The notes below the pieces were generated by a model. That model made no database searches and was not told where the DNA came from. It was given only the letters and a program-made list of their open reading frames with translations. The translations under genes and the position numbers were made by a program. Source: Candidatus Peribacteria bacterium (lineage in GTDB: Bacteria; Patescibacteriota; Gracilibacteria; Peribacterales; Peribacteraceae). From it: a stretch of DNA of 63,191 nucleotides. Below are positions 35,315 through 47,658 of this stretch, in pieces. The DNA is taken from NCBI GenBank assembly GCA_943357915.1, contig CALRGQ010000002.1:1-63191 (forward strand), given 5' to 3'. The number at the start of each line of letters is the position of its first letter. Position 1 is the stretch's first letter.

Positions 35315-36304
35315 TTATGATTTTTGGACGTTCACCCAGATAGGCCGAACATTTAGTCCATGGAAGCCTTCATCCAATTCTGCCTGGATTCTCCCCCTGT
35401 CAGCATTCTCCGGAATGATGACATGTGCCTCAAAATTTGTTTTGGTGGTACCAGCAAATTCCAAACCTTGCTGAAGTACCGGACCTGCGCTGTGATCTCT
35501 CTGTGCAATTTTTGCGATGAGCTTGTACGACCCTGTGCGGGCTTCCGGGGTCATACCCCAACTGCTCACGTCAAATGCGCTCACAAAGCCGTTTTGGTTC
35601 TGTTGATTGCCAATAATGCGACTGGGATTCAACGATTGCGGGTCATACCGAAGAGTCGCAGCCAACTCGGGGTGGATGGGATCCCGACGGTCCAGTTTTG
35701 CCGTCTGGAGAATGCCGAGATACGGTACTCCCATTTCCTTCGCTAATTTTTGAGCAGAGTCTGCTGCCAAGACATCATTGTTTCCACATGCTCCGCAGCT
35801 GCAGTGTCCTGCAATACCACAACATTGACCCTCGGGCATTTGAGCGGCGGTCGCTCGATTGGGAGAATACTCCGAACCCGGACCGGGAATAGAATAGTCA
35901 TCGAGCCACCGTGGTATTTCTCCGGTTTCTAATGCGCGTTTCAAATCTTCGAGACGTTCCGGGGGAAGATTTCCCTGCTCAAGAAGAAGAGGAATTGCTT
36001 CGTGAATTCGGAACCCTCCGTCGATGCAATGGGTCACGCGCCTCACACCAGCGGGCGCCACCAGTTGCGTACGATTTTGAGCGTACCACCTCTCAGGATC
36101 TTTAAATACGTTCCCAGCATTATGTTTCTGAAGTCGGTTCACAATTTCAGTACGTGTAGTCTCTGCCTCAGAATGCTCTTTCGCAAAAAGATTGCGGGCA
36201 GTGAGGCCAAGTGCCGCAGCTTGAAGAAAGATACGGCGATTCACCACCGGCGAACGGTAGGGCTGCTGAATATCGGCTTGTCTCGGTGAGAACGGGAGTT
36301 TCAT
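35315..36304 (-). CDS. Secreted hypothetical protein with a twin-arginine (Tat) signal and a Cys cluster
   Basis: VVNRRIFLQAAALGLTARNLFA matches the Tat consensus (RR-x-F-L). Internal cluster GQCCGIAGHCSCGACG. Confidence 0.6.
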   Translation of the reverse strand: MKLPFSPRQADIQQPYRSPVVNRRIFLQAAALGLTARNLFAKEHSEAETTRTEIVNRLQKHNAGNVFKDPERWYAQNRTQLVAPAGVRRVTHCIDGGFRIHEAIPLLLEQGNLPPERLEDLKRALETGEIPRWLDDYSIPGPGSEYSPNRATAAQMPEGQCCGIAGHCSCGACGNNDVLAADSAQKLAKEMGVPYLGILQTAKLDRRDPIHPELAATLRYDPQSLNPSRIIGNQQNQNGFVSAFDVSSWGMTPEARTGSYKLIAKIAQRDHSAGPVLQQGLEFAGTTKTNFEAHVIIPENADRGRIQAELDEGFHGLNVRPIWVNVQKS

Positions 36305-36487
36305 ACCGGAGATATATGATAGAATAAAATAAATAACATGTCAATTCTAGCCTTTGATACCTTATACAGAACCTTTGAAAGAATTTCAAGGGACTAAGAG
36401 GCCTCTTTTTCTGGGAATCCATGAGGCCATGTTTTTTGTAATCCCAGACAAATCATCAGCACTCCAACGGATGTGCCGCATCAGACT

Positions 36488-37408
36488 CTAGCCAAGCGCT
36501 GCCGCACCTGCTGATAACTCTGCAAGCTCACCCGTGATGTTTGCCTGACGGGTCTGGTTGTACGTCAGCGTGAGGCCATCGAGGATTTCTGATGCATTGT
36601 CCGAAGCATTGCGCATGGCCACCATACGGGCTGAGTGCTCGGAAGCGGCAGCTTCTAAGATCGCTTGGTAAATCTGGATTTCGGTGAGCTGCGGGAGGAT
36701 GACGTCTAGGACTTCCCCAGCGGAGGGCTCGAAGAGAAATTCCGTCTTCTCGTCAAAATCGATGGTAGACACTTCCGCCTGCAGTTTGCCGCCTTCCATC
36801 ATGGTAAAGGCCAGTTTCTGGAGTGCATCACTCGTGAGAGGAAGAAGAACTTTGATCTCGGTTTCCTGCACGAGTGCGGAAATAAAATGCGGATAGATAA
36901 GCACAACGTGGTCGTACTCACCTTTCTTGAATGCATCAACGACGAAGCGCATGAGCGGAATGACATCACGGAACTTCGGGTGGTTGGAGTACGCCGGAAA
37001 AGCAGCGACAACTTTTTGGCCTACACGTGCCAAGTATTGCTGACCTTTGCGTCCGACGGCGACGAAGTCCGTCTTGCCGCTGACAAGTCCTTTGGCCCTT
37101 GCGAGATACTTGTCCGTGGCACGAAGCACGTGCGTGTTTAAGCTTCCACAGAGTCCGCGGTCAGACGTAAGCACGACGACAAGAACATCTTTGATGGTGC
37201 GTTCACGTAGAAAAGGATGATCGACATTGGTGCTACCAATATGCCTCAGGATCTTCCACGCACCGATGGCGTACTGGCGGAGAAGATGCGCATTCTGGAC
37301 GGCGCGGCGCATCTTGCTTGCGGCGACCAGCTCCATAGCTTTGGTCACCTGACGGGTGGACTTCACCGCCTTGATCTTGCGCCGAATATCGCGGAGGCTA
37401 CGCGCCAT
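36488..37408 (-). CDS. atpG: F1 ATP synthase subunit gamma
   Basis: MARSLRDIRRKIKAVKSTRQVTKAMELVAASKMRRA...; C-terminus ITGELAEL. ATG at 37408. Confidence 0.95.
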   Translation of the reverse strand: MARSLRDIRRKIKAVKSTRQVTKAMELVAASKMRRAVQNAHLLRQYAIGAWKILRHIGSTNVDHPFLRERTIKDVLVVVLTSDRGLCGSLNTHVLRATDKYLARAKGLVSGKTDFVAVGRKGQQYLARVGQKVVAAFPAYSNHPKFRDVIPLMRFVVDAFKKGEYDHVVLIYPHFISALVQETEIKVLLPLTSDALQKLAFTMMEGGKLQAEVSTIDFDEKTEFLFEPSAGEVLDVILPQLTEIQIYQAILEAAASEHSARMVAMRNASDNASEILDGLTLTYNQTRQANITGELAELSAGAAALG

Positions 37409-37457
37409 AGGCGAGTGAAAAGCGGAAAGTGAAAAGTGAAAAACGCATGAACATTGA

Positions 37458-38981
37458 TTACTTCGACAAAGAAGCAAACGTACTCGTGAACGCTTCCAAC
37501 GCCTTCTTCAATTCTTCCTCCGCCTCTTTCGTGAGTTCTTTCTCGAGCGTTTTCATCGTCTCAGCGTGGCGGCTGTGCATCATCGAAAGGAACTTCGTTT
37601 GGAATTCTTTGATGGAGTCGACGGGAACCGAATCGAAGAATCCGTTCACACCGGCGTACAGGAGTACCACTTGCTCAGAAACAGAGAGCGGCTCAAATTG
37701 TTTCTGTTTGAGGAGCTCCGTAAGACGCGCACCACGGTCAAGCTGCTTCTTGGTGGCGGCATCTAGGTCCGAACCGAACTGAGCAAACACTGCGAGCTCA
37801 CGGTACTGTGCAAGATCGAGACGCAGCTTGCCCGCGACTTTCTTCATGGATTTGGTCTGAGCAGCCGAACCGACGCGCGAGACCGAGATACCAACGTTCA
37901 GCGCAGGACGGATGCCTTTGTAGAACAAGTCGGACTCCAAGAAGATCTGGCCGTCGGTGATAGAAATCACGTTGGTCGGGATGTAGGCAGATACGTCGCC
38001 AGCCTGGGTTTCAATGATCGGAAGAGCCGTGAGCGTACCGCCGCCGAACTTGTCATCCATACACACTGCTCGCTCAAGGAGGCGAGAGTGGAGATAAAAC
38101 ACGTCACCCGGATAGGCTTCACGTCCTGGAGGACGACGGAGAATCAGTGAGATCTGACGGTAAGCCCAGGCGTGACGAGATAGGTCATCATAGACAACAA
38201 GGACGTCTTTACCTTGATCTACAAAGTACTCACCCATCGCGCATCCGGCGAACGGTGCGATGTACGAAAGAGCTGCAGACTCAGATGCTCCGGCCGAGAC
38301 GACAATGGTGTACTCCATAGCTCCGTGCTTCTTGAGGTCAGCGACGATCTTAGCAACTTTTGATTCTTTCTGTCCGATGGCGACGTAAATGCAAATGACC
38401 GGTCTATCAGTCTTCTGCGTGCGCTTCTGGTTCAAGATGGCGTCCAAGGCAACAGCGGTTTTCCCTGTCTGACGGTCACCGATGATGAGTTCACGCTGGC
38501 CACGTCCAATCGGGATCATTGAGTCGATCGCAGCGATACCCGTCTGGAGTGGCATGGTGACGGACTTGCGTTCGATAACGCGCGCGGCGATCTTCTCTAC
38601 TGGATACTCTTTACTGGCCTTGATGGGTCCAGCGCCGTCTTTTGGCTCGCCGAGCGGTGAAACCACACGTCCAATGAGCGCTTCACCAACCGGCACTGAG
38701 AGGATCTTACCTGTGGACTTCACGGTGTCGCCTTCCTTGATGGTCGAAAAATCGCCAAGAACGACGGCACCTACTGTGTCTTGTTCCAAGTTCAGAGCAC
38801 TTCCGAAGAGTCCGTTACCAAAGTCGATCATTTCCGAGGAGCCGACCTGCCCGAGTCCCTCCAGGACCGCTACACCGTCACCAATGCTGACGACCTTTCC
38901 TGTATGCGAGGACCTCGCTTCAGGCTTGTAGGTCTGAATGCGCTTTTCGAGCGCGGAGATAAGATTGGAACCGGTAGTCAT
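37458..38981 (-). CDS. atpA: F1 ATP synthase subunit alpha
   Basis: Walker A GDRQTGKT and the conserved run [31 protein letters not shown]. Confidence 0.97.
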   Translation of the reverse strand: MTTGSNLISALEKRIQTYKPEARSSHTGKVVSIGDGVAVLEGLGQVGSSEMIDFGNGLFGSALNLEQDTVGAVVLGDFSTIKEGDTVKSTGKILSVPVGEALIGRVVSPLGEPKDGAGPIKASKEYPVEKIAARVIERKSVTMPLQTGIAAIDSMIPIGRGQRELIIGDRQTGKTAVALDAILNQKRTQKTDRPVICIYVAIGQKESKVAKIVADLKKHGAMEYTIVVSAGASESAALSYIAPFAGCAMGEYFVDQGKDVLVVYDDLSRHAWAYRQISLILRRPPGREAYPGDVFYLHSRLLERAVCMDDKFGGGTLTALPIIETQAGDVSAYIPTNVISITDGQIFLESDLFYKGIRPALNVGISVSRVGSAAQTKSMKKVAGKLRLDLAQYRELAVFAQFGSDLDAATKKQLDRGARLTELLKQKQFEPLSVSEQVVLLYAGVNGFFDSVPVDSIKEFQTKFLSMMHSRHAETMKTLEKELTKEAEEELKKALEAFTSTFASLSK

Positions 38982-39379
38982 AGGGAGGATGGGGACGAAG
39001 TGATACGACTGATTTCATCTCGAAGCGAGAGTTCAAATGTTTCATCACCGATGCGTAGCGCCGCACCACCGAGGAGTGAAGGATCGGCATGCACCGTGAG
39101 CACAACGGTCTTACCGAATTTCTTCTCGAGAACCGCGGTCAGCGAGGCTTTTCTCTCAGCAGATACAGTACCTGTCGGTGTGCTGAGTTCTGCGAACATT
39201 ACTTTGCCGCTCTTCTCCAGCGCCTTCATGACCTGACGGACAAACATGCCGCTATCTGCAGAGCCCGAGGCATGCAGCAAGTCGAGCGCCCTATCAATGA
39301 GCACTGGAAGATCTTTCTCCGGCACAAGGTCGGCCATGGCCGCAAGAGCCTGCGCGATGGCGTGATTATTTCTTCGCAT
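38978..39379 (-). CDS. atpH: F1 ATP synthase subunit delta (OSCP), short 133-aa form
   Basis: C-terminal OSCP signature [25 protein letters not shown]. Located between atpF and atpA. Confidence 0.8.
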   Translation of the reverse strand: MRRNNHAIAQALAAMADLVPEKDLPVLIDRALDLLHASGSADSGMFVRQVMKALEKSGKVMFAELSTPTGTVSAERKASLTAVLEKKFGKTVVLTVHADPSLLGGAALRIGDETFELSLRDEISRITSSPSSL

Positions 39380-39881
39380 GGTGCGTGGTGTGGAGGGAAG
39401 ACTCGAGCGAACCTATTAAGCGGTCTTGGTCGGCGGCGGTAAATTCTTTCTCAAGCAGTTTTCCGGTGAGCTTGATGACCAGTGACGCGGCAGCCTTCTC
39501 GAGGTCAGCAGTCACGCGCGCCGTTTCTGCCTGAAGCTGCTGCTTGCCTCGCGCGAGAACGTCATCAGATTCTTTGCGTGCCTGAGCGATCATCTCATCT
39601 TTCGCAGCAGCGACGTCGGCTTTGGCCTGATCAAGGAGCTTTGCAGCCTCTTTCTCGATCTTCGTCATTTCTGCACGGCGCGCCTGATCCATCTCTTCAC
39701 GCTGACGGGAGATTTTGTCCGCGTCCTCCATGGACTTGCGAATGGACTCTCTGCGGTCATCGATAAGTTTGAGGAGAGGTTTGTAGACGAGGAACGCGAG
39801 CACCGCGACCAAGATGCCGAAGTTCAGCATTTGTGCGAGGAGCAACGTCACATCGATACCAAGTGTCTGAATGATTTCCAT
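39366..39881 (-). CDS. atpF: Fo ATP synthase subunit b
   Basis: N-terminal TM (LLAQMLNFGILVAVLAFLVY) followed by a long charged helix. Confidence 0.85.
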   Translation of the reverse strand: MEIIQTLGIDVTLLLAQMLNFGILVAVLAFLVYKPLLKLIDDRRESIRKSMEDADKISRQREEMDQARRAEMTKIEKEAAKLLDQAKADVAAAKDEMIAQARKESDDVLARGKQQLQAETARVTADLEKAAASLVIKLTGKLLEKEFTAADQDRLIGSLESSLHTTHHAKK

Positions 39882-39907
39882 AAAAAGGGTGGGGAGACTC
39901 TAAAGGA

Positions 39908-41054
<1,147 letters not shown>

Positions 41055-41095
41055 GTGTACTGGATTCTTCGGAAAAGAAGTAAAAAGTCAACGCT

Positions 41096-41341
41096 CTACA
41101 GCGTAGTTTGGGTGACGGATTTCACTTTGCCGATGACAGCGAATGCCGAGATCGCAAATGCAAGTAGCAGGCCAACGGCGAGAAACAGAGGCGACATTTT
41201 CATGTACTCATCCAGATACGCTCCTCCAAATCCAAAGAGTGCTGCCGGAAGTGCGATGATGTAGCCAAGCTCGAATACGAGCGAGACCGCTCCCCACGGA
41301 GTAGCCAGTTTCTGAGCCGATTTTGAAGAGAGAGTGGTCAT
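41096..41341 (-). CDS. Small two-TM protein, AtpZ/AtpI-like (ATP synthase gene 1 family)
   Basis: 81 aa. LVFELGYIIALPAALFGFGGAYLDEY resembles the AtpZ pattern. Lies immediately upstream of atpB and overlaps the atpC stop by 4 nt. Confidence 0.6.
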   Translation of the reverse strand: MTTLSSKSAQKLATPWGAVSLVFELGYIIALPAALFGFGGAYLDEYMKMSPLFLAVGLLLAFAISAFAVIGKVKSVTQTTL

Positions 41342-41757
41342 CGGAGAGTGCGGGAACCACGACGGCGGCGGACGGTGTGAAGGCGTGCGAGTTCTTTCTC
41401 CAGAATTGCAGTGGCTTCTGCAAAACCTTCAGCATCACTGCGGCGGTCAGCAACTAGTTGCTCTGCGCGAGCCTTGGCGGCTTCGATGGCGGCTTCCTCC
41501 AGTGCTTCCACGCGGTCGGCAATGTCGCTCAGAACACGAACTGATGACGGCGTGACTTCGATGACACCGCGAGCGACCGCAAACATCTGTTCCCCTTCTG
41601 TACTGCGAACGATCATCGTGCCTGGTGAGACCGTACTCACGAGTGACACGTGTCCAGCAAGAACCGTGATCTCACCATCGCCGGTGGGTAACGTCACGGA
41701 TACAGCATCGCCCTTGAAGGCGATCTCTTCCGGTGTAATGAGTTCAACAGTCATCAT
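41338..41757 (-). CDS. atpC: F1 ATP synthase subunit epsilon
   Basis: VELITPEEIAFKGDAVSVTLPTGDGEITVLAGHVSLVS... followed by a C-terminal helical hairpin. Confidence 0.9.
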   Translation of the reverse strand: MMTVELITPEEIAFKGDAVSVTLPTGDGEITVLAGHVSLVSTVSPGTMIVRSTEGEQMFAVARGVIEVTPSSVRVLSDIADRVEALEEAAIEAAKARAEQLVADRRSDAEGFAEATAILEKELARLHTVRRRRGSRTLR

Positions 41758-41778
41758 GCTAATAATAAAGAAGAAAAA

Positions 41779-43203
<1,425 letters not shown>

Positions 43204-43318
43204 TCAAAGATAATTTTCAGTTCGGCCGATTGTAGCCAGCACCAGCGAGTTTCACAAGGCTCTTAGAAGTCTCTTTTGTTATTCCCCTCTACTCCTTTGA
43301 TCCTCTATACTCGCGGCC

Positions 43319-44542
43319 ATGCACTCCTACGCCGCCCAACTCGGAAACAATCCATCACTCTCCGTCGCTGAACTCGCAGCAGTCCTACCGGACTTTCAGA
43401 AAGAACATCTATTTCCGGGATCAGTCGTCACATTTAAGACTGCAACAGAGCTGGACCAAGCATTCTTAAACCGGCTCGGTGGAACGATCGTGATCGCTAA
43501 AAATATTATCGGTGATTTCTCTGTAGATTTAGAAGACTTACCGGCACTACTCGCTGCTGAACTGAAGACCGTGAAAGGCAAGGCAACGTTCAGCCTGCGC
43601 TGTTTCGGCATTTCCCCAAACAAAGTCCGCGATCTGTATAAAACCAGTAAACAAGGCCTGAAGAAGAAAGGCGTGGCTAGCCGCTATGTAGGTTCTGAGC
43701 GCGAAATGGCGAAACCAATTCAGCTACATGATGAAGGCATTCTTGACCCGAAGAAAGGCTGCGAGCTTGTCATCTTGCATGATAAAAATCATTTATGGAT
43801 CGGGCGCACGGTAGCCGCGCAAAACGTAAAAGCGTACACGCTGCGTGATATGGAAAAGCCGGTGCGTGATACGAAAGTCGGTCTCTTGCCTCCGAAACTC
43901 GCACAGATTCTTTTGAATTTTGGAGCATTTCTCTCCCCACGCGGGTCAAAGACCCGCTCTGAATCTCAAAATTTTACCGTGCTTGATCCTTTCTGCGGAA
44001 CGGGCGTGATCCCGATGGAGGCGATGATCGCAGGTTGGAATGTGCTGGCATCAGACAATGCGCAAAAAGCTGTGAATGGGACTGAAAAAAACATCGAATG
44101 GGTGAGAAAAATTTTCAAAGTTCTTAAAAAAGATGTTTCGGCCGATGTCTGGAAACAAGATGCGACGAAGCCTTTTGAACTGAAAGAAAAGCCTGATGTG
44201 ATTGTCACAGAAGGGACACTCGGCCCACCACTGACAAACCGAGCGACCGTCAAAGATGCAGAGACCTACTGCAGACAAGCTGAAGAACTGACTGCGGCAT
44301 TCCTGAAAAACTGTGCAGCAACTCTGCCTGGTGTGCCAGTCGTTATGACGCTCCCCGTCTGGTACGCCCAGAAGAAAATGATCCATCTCACAAAAGTCTG
44401 GAAAGTCGCAGAAGAGCTGGGTTTCCGCCCGGCTCTGCCCCCGCACGCAGACCCATCGATCCCCGAACGCTTTTCGATCATGTACCGCAGGAATGATCAG
44501 TTTGTCGGACGGGAGATTATTTTGCTGAAGCCGAAGAAGTAA
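43319..44542 (+). CDS. SAM-dependent methyltransferase, UPF0020/Trm11-Trm14-like (probably RNA-modifying)
   Basis: SAM motif I VLDPFCGTGVIPMEA. TEGTLGPP occupies the (D/N)PPY position. The N-terminal ~190 aa could be a THUMP-like domain. Confidence 0.7.
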   Translation: MHSYAAQLGNNPSLSVAELAAVLPDFQKEHLFPGSVVTFKTATELDQAFLNRLGGTIVIAKNIIGDFSVDLEDLPALLAAELKTVKGKATFSLRCFGISPNKVRDLYKTSKQGLKKKGVASRYVGSEREMAKPIQLHDEGILDPKKGCELVILHDKNHLWIGRTVAAQNVKAYTLRDMEKPVRDTKVGLLPPKLAQILLNFGAFLSPRGSKTRSESQNFTVLDPFCGTGVIPMEAMIAGWNVLASDNAQKAVNGTEKNIEWVRKIFKVLKKDVSADVWKQDATKPFELKEKPDVIVTEGTLGPPLTNRATVKDAETYCRQAEELTAAFLKNCAATLPGVPVVMTLPVWYAQKKMIHLTKVWKVAEELGFRPALPPHADPSIPERFSIMYRRNDQFVGREIILLKPKK

Positions 44543-44569
44543 TGTTGATATTGCGGCATCCATAATCAC

Positions 44570-44630
44570 CCCGCAGGCGGGACATCGCGTTCATCATAAC
44601 CCGCAGGCGGGACGTCGCGTCCCGCTGGAG
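44570..44630. repeat. REP pair upstream of RAYT-2 (one degenerate copy, one intact hairpin gcgggacg-tcg-cgtcccgc at 44607-44625)
   Basis: ccgcaggcgggacatcgcgttc and ccgcaggcgggacgtcgcgtcccgctgg. Inverted orientation relative to the downstream REPs. Confidence 0.75.
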
Positions 44631-44645
44631 GAGTATGATTCCAAT

Positions 44646-45107
44646 ATGTCTCAGATTCATCGTGAGCAGTTTGGCATTTTCCATATAACGACCAACACCG
44701 TTATTTCGAACTCTTGGTGCACATGGAACGGTGTTCCTCAGTGTCTGATTGATCATCTATGTAGAGCAAGAGATCTGTACCATGCAGAACTGTATGCATT
44801 TTGCATTCTTCCAAATCATGTACATATCATTCTTTCTCCTGGCCCGAAAGGCTTAAGTAGATTTATGCAAGCTTTCAAGTCAAATAGTGTGAAATATCTA
44901 CGGAAACAACATGTGGCACAGGCGAAAGAGATTGGATGGCAGGAAAACTTTTACGATGAACGTATTCGTGATGAACAGCAGCGTTCAAATGCTCTAGCCT
45001 ACGTTCAGGGGAATGCGATGAAACATGGTTTGGTACAGGAAATTTTAGATTGGCCATGGACATCGTTACATTTTCCTTCAAAACTCGATCTGTTGGATAT
45101 TTGGTGA
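44646..45107 (+). CDS. REP-associated tyrosine transposase (RAYT), copy 2
   Basis: HUH motif PNHVHIIL and Tyr region LAYVQGNAMKHGLV. By eye, roughly 60% identical to copy 3. Confidence 0.85.
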   Translation: MSQIHREQFGIFHITTNTVISNSWCTWNGVPQCLIDHLCRARDLYHAELYAFCILPNHVHIILSPGPKGLSRFMQAFKSNSVKYLRKQHVAQAKEIGWQENFYDERIRDEQQRSNALAYVQGNAMKHGLVQEILDWPWTSLHFPSKLDLLDIW

Positions 45108-45132
45108 AACGGGAAAGTGTGGAACCCTTTTT

Positions 45133-45206
45133 GTGGGACGCGACGTCCCGTCTACGGAACCAGACACGATTGACCGCAGACACGGGACGCGACGTCCCGT
45201 CTACGG
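45133..45206. repeat. Two direct REP copies downstream of RAYT-2 (gggacgcgacgtcccgtctacgg)
   Basis: Identical 23-mers at 45135-45157 and 45184-45206, each with a 6-bp stem gggacg/cgtccc. Confidence 0.8.
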
Positions 45207-45268
45207 AAGAGGTGGTTCATCGCTCATCTCTACATTTCTTGGCCAGTTCATGAAACAATACAGAAAAC

Positions 45269-45787
45269 ATGACCGTCACTCCCCGCCCTTGGCACGTTCT
45301 CATCATCGCATTTTGTCTGTGGCACATGTTCGCGGTTGCGGCATATTTGCTGCCTGCAAACAAAGAAGGGCTCATGAAAACGCTGAATAAATTTTCCGCA
45401 CCCTATGTCCTCAGCCTTAGCCAATGGCAAAAGTGGGACATCTTTTCACCGAATCCACTGAGGCGTAACAGCCTCTACCGCGTGGAACGGAACGCCGGGG
45501 ACCGATGGGAAACTGCAATGATCATGGACTTTAGTCATCTCCCATGGCGAGAACGGGCGAAAGAGCTGAAAGTGCTTGGAAGGCTGCAGGAAAACTGGAA
45601 AGGACTGTTGCCGAGTTATCTTCTGTCTCTCTGCCCAAAAATTCCACAAGCAAACGGCCGTCAGGTGCGCCTGCTTGTACAGACAACCATCCTGCCAAGT
45701 AAACTTCCCGAACTACAACAAACTACAAAAACCATCCATGCACCAACAGAAAAACTTCTCGTCTCTGTCCGCTGCCCGCAATTCTAA
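45269..45787 (+). CDS. Small membrane-anchored protein, possible SdpA-like partner of the HTTM protein
   Basis: N-terminal TM WHVLIIAFCLWHMFAVAAYLL. Motif WQKWDIFSPNP. The stop abuts the start of the next gene (TAATG at 45784-45789). The family assignment is from memory only. Confidence 0.5.
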   Translation: MTVTPRPWHVLIIAFCLWHMFAVAAYLLPANKEGLMKTLNKFSAPYVLSLSQWQKWDIFSPNPLRRNSLYRVERNAGDRWETAMIMDFSHLPWRERAKELKVLGRLQENWKGLLPSYLLSLCPKIPQANGRQVRLLVQTTILPSKLPELQQTTKTIHAPTEKLLVSVRCPQF

Positions 45788-47079
45788 TGACAAAAAAGAC
45801 GTCACTGACCGGCCGCATGTACGAATTCTGGTTTGCACCGGTATCGGCCGCTGGTTTCGGGATGATGCGCGTCGGCTTCGGTACCATCGCTTTTGTAACG
45901 CTATTTCTTGAGATGCCGAATGTACAACGGTTCTACGGACCGGAAGGCATTTTGCCTCAGGGCATGGTCAGTAACATGGTCCGCGCTTCCTGGAGATTTT
46001 CACTGCTTGATCATGTCGGCACAAATCATGTGTGGCTTCTGTATACTGCTCTTTTAGCTTCGCTTTTCTGCGTCATCATCGGCCTTGGCCGTAAATGGAT
46101 GCTTCTGATTGCAGTCGTTTTGCTCTACTCATTCCATGAGTACGGCATGATCACGCTCGATGGCGGTGACACGCTTCTGCGACTCATTGGTTTTATTTTG
46201 CTGCTGTCACCGTGCTACACAACATTTACGGTTCGAAATCTGTGGCTACGCATGAAGCTTGTACGCGATACAGGAAAAGATCAGCCAGCATCCGAACGTA
46301 CCATGCCGATCTGGCCGTACCGGCTGCTTCTGTGGCAGATGATTCTGATCTACACAGCGTCCGCTCTTGGAAAATGGGGTGGCAACATGTGGCTTGAGGG
46401 TTCTGCGGTAGCGGTCACGCTACACCTGACTGATTTCACACGGCTCACACCGCTCGTAGCTGACCAACTGTCAGCATTCAGTCCTATCATCGGCTATTTT
46501 ACAGTTGCCTCGCAGATAGCATGGATCCTGATCCTACCACTTGGATTCCTCAGTTTTTTTGGTCTTGGCTCGTCTAGGTCTACCAATGTTTTCAAACGCA
46601 CGCTCTTACTGTGTGGACTTTTGTTACATGGCACTATTTTTGTGCTGATGGATGTGGGTACGTTTTCTCTGACAGTATTCACGGCATATCTCGGCTTACT
46701 TCTGGCTGACGATTTTCGTGCGATCCGTCAGAGGTTCGGACTGAAAAAACCGATCATCGTACTTTTTGACGGACGCTGTGGATTCTGCAAAAAAAGCATG
46801 TTGCTACTCTCGATGTTAGACTGGCTGCATCGGCTTGAATTTGCGAACTTTCATGATCCGAAACTCAAAAAACGTTACGCTCCAAACATTGATCTCAAAC
46901 ACTTGAACGTGGCGATGCATGTGCGATTTGTAGACGGTTCCTATCGCAAAGGCTTCTTCGCGTTTAGAGCATTAACATGGCATTTGCCGGCTGTTTGGTT
47001 ACTTGCGCCCCTGCTGTACATCCCTGGGGTTTCTCTGGTCGGAAAGGCTGTGTATGGCTGGGTGGCGAAGCATCGATAG
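45787..47079 (+). CDS. HTTM-domain membrane protein fused to a DCC-family (DUF393) thiol-disulfide oxidoreductase domain
   Basis: N-terminus FGMMRVGFGTIAFVTLFLEM...GGDTLLRLIGFILLLSP (HTTM-like, multi-TM). C-terminus VLFDGRCGFCKKSMLLLSMLDWLHRLEFANFHD (DCC CxxC motif). Confidence 0.75.
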   Translation: MTKKTSLTGRMYEFWFAPVSAAGFGMMRVGFGTIAFVTLFLEMPNVQRFYGPEGILPQGMVSNMVRASWRFSLLDHVGTNHVWLLYTALLASLFCVIIGLGRKWMLLIAVVLLYSFHEYGMITLDGGDTLLRLIGFILLLSPCYTTFTVRNLWLRMKLVRDTGKDQPASERTMPIWPYRLLLWQMILIYTASALGKWGGNMWLEGSAVAVTLHLTDFTRLTPLVADQLSAFSPIIGYFTVASQIAWILILPLGFLSFFGLGSSRSTNVFKRTLLLCGLLLHGTIFVLMDVGTFSLTVFTAYLGLLLADDFRAIRQRFGLKKPIIVLFDGRCGFCKKSMLLLSMLDWLHRLEFANFHDPKLKKRYAPNIDLKHLNVAMHVRFVDGSYRKGFFAFRALTWHLPAVWLLAPLLYIPGVSLVGKAVYGWVAKHR

Positions 47080-47118
47080 TAATCTGGCAGATAGGGAAAT
47101 ACGGGAACTTTATTACTC

Positions 47119-47150
47119 CCCGCAGTCGGGACGCCGCGTCCCGTCTACGG
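47119..47150. repeat. REP upstream of RAYT-3 (32-nt imperfect palindrome)
   Basis: cccgcagtcgggacgccgcgtcccgtctacgg. Confidence 0.8.
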
Positions 47151-47202
47151 AGAATGTGATGACGGGGACACCGCGTATCGGAGATGATATGCTCGTGAAC
47201 CA

Positions 47203-47658
47203 ATGTCGCAAATTCACTATCAACAGTATGGCATATTCCATGTCACAACGAAGGCAAAAGATAACATCCCATGGTGTACAAAAGAGGGCGTGCCGGATCT
47301 ACTGATTGATCATCTATGCAAGACACGTGATATCAACGGTGCGCTACTGCATGCCTTCTGCATTCTTCCAAATCATGTACATCTGATTCTGTGCCCAGGA
47401 CCAAAAGGTTTAAGTAAGTTTTTACAGTCCTTCAAGTCAAACAGCGTCAAAGAGCTTCGTGCGCGAGATGTTCCATATGCCGTCGGTTGGCAAGCCGGTT
47501 TTCATGACGAACGTATTAGGGATGCAGTTCAGCGATCCGCTGCAATTGGATATGTGCAAGGGAATGGGATGAAACATGGATTAGCCAAAGAGGTTATGGA
47601 CTACCCATGGACCTCGTTACATTTCTCATCAAGAGTAGACCCACTCGATGTGTGGTGA
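47203..47658 (+). CDS. REP-associated tyrosine transposase (RAYT), copy 3
   Basis: HUH motif PNHVHLIL and Tyr region IGYVQGNGMKHGLA. Confidence 0.85.
   Translation: MSQIHYQQYGIFHVTTKAKDNIPWCTKEGVPDLLIDHLCKTRDINGALLHAFCILPNHVHLILCPGPKGLSKFLQSFKSNSVKELRARDVPYAVGWQAGFHDERIRDAVQRSAAIGYVQGNGMKHGLAKEVMDYPWTSLHFSSRVDPLDVW

Noticed and set aside
36305-36487. An intrinsic terminator for the ATP synthase operon downstream of atpG
   Set aside because: Only very short palindromes (agaggcctct, catgaggccatg) are present. The T-runs are on the wrong strand for a minus-strand transcript, so the evidence is not convincing enough to annotate.
44051-44569. 172-aa minus-strand ORF opposite the methyltransferase gene. 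Similar shadow ORFs are 31815-32474, 33184-33576, 61261-61791, 29422-29997 and 22868-23260.
   Set aside because: Each lies antisense to a longer ORF with recognisable motifs or a membrane topology. None has independent support.
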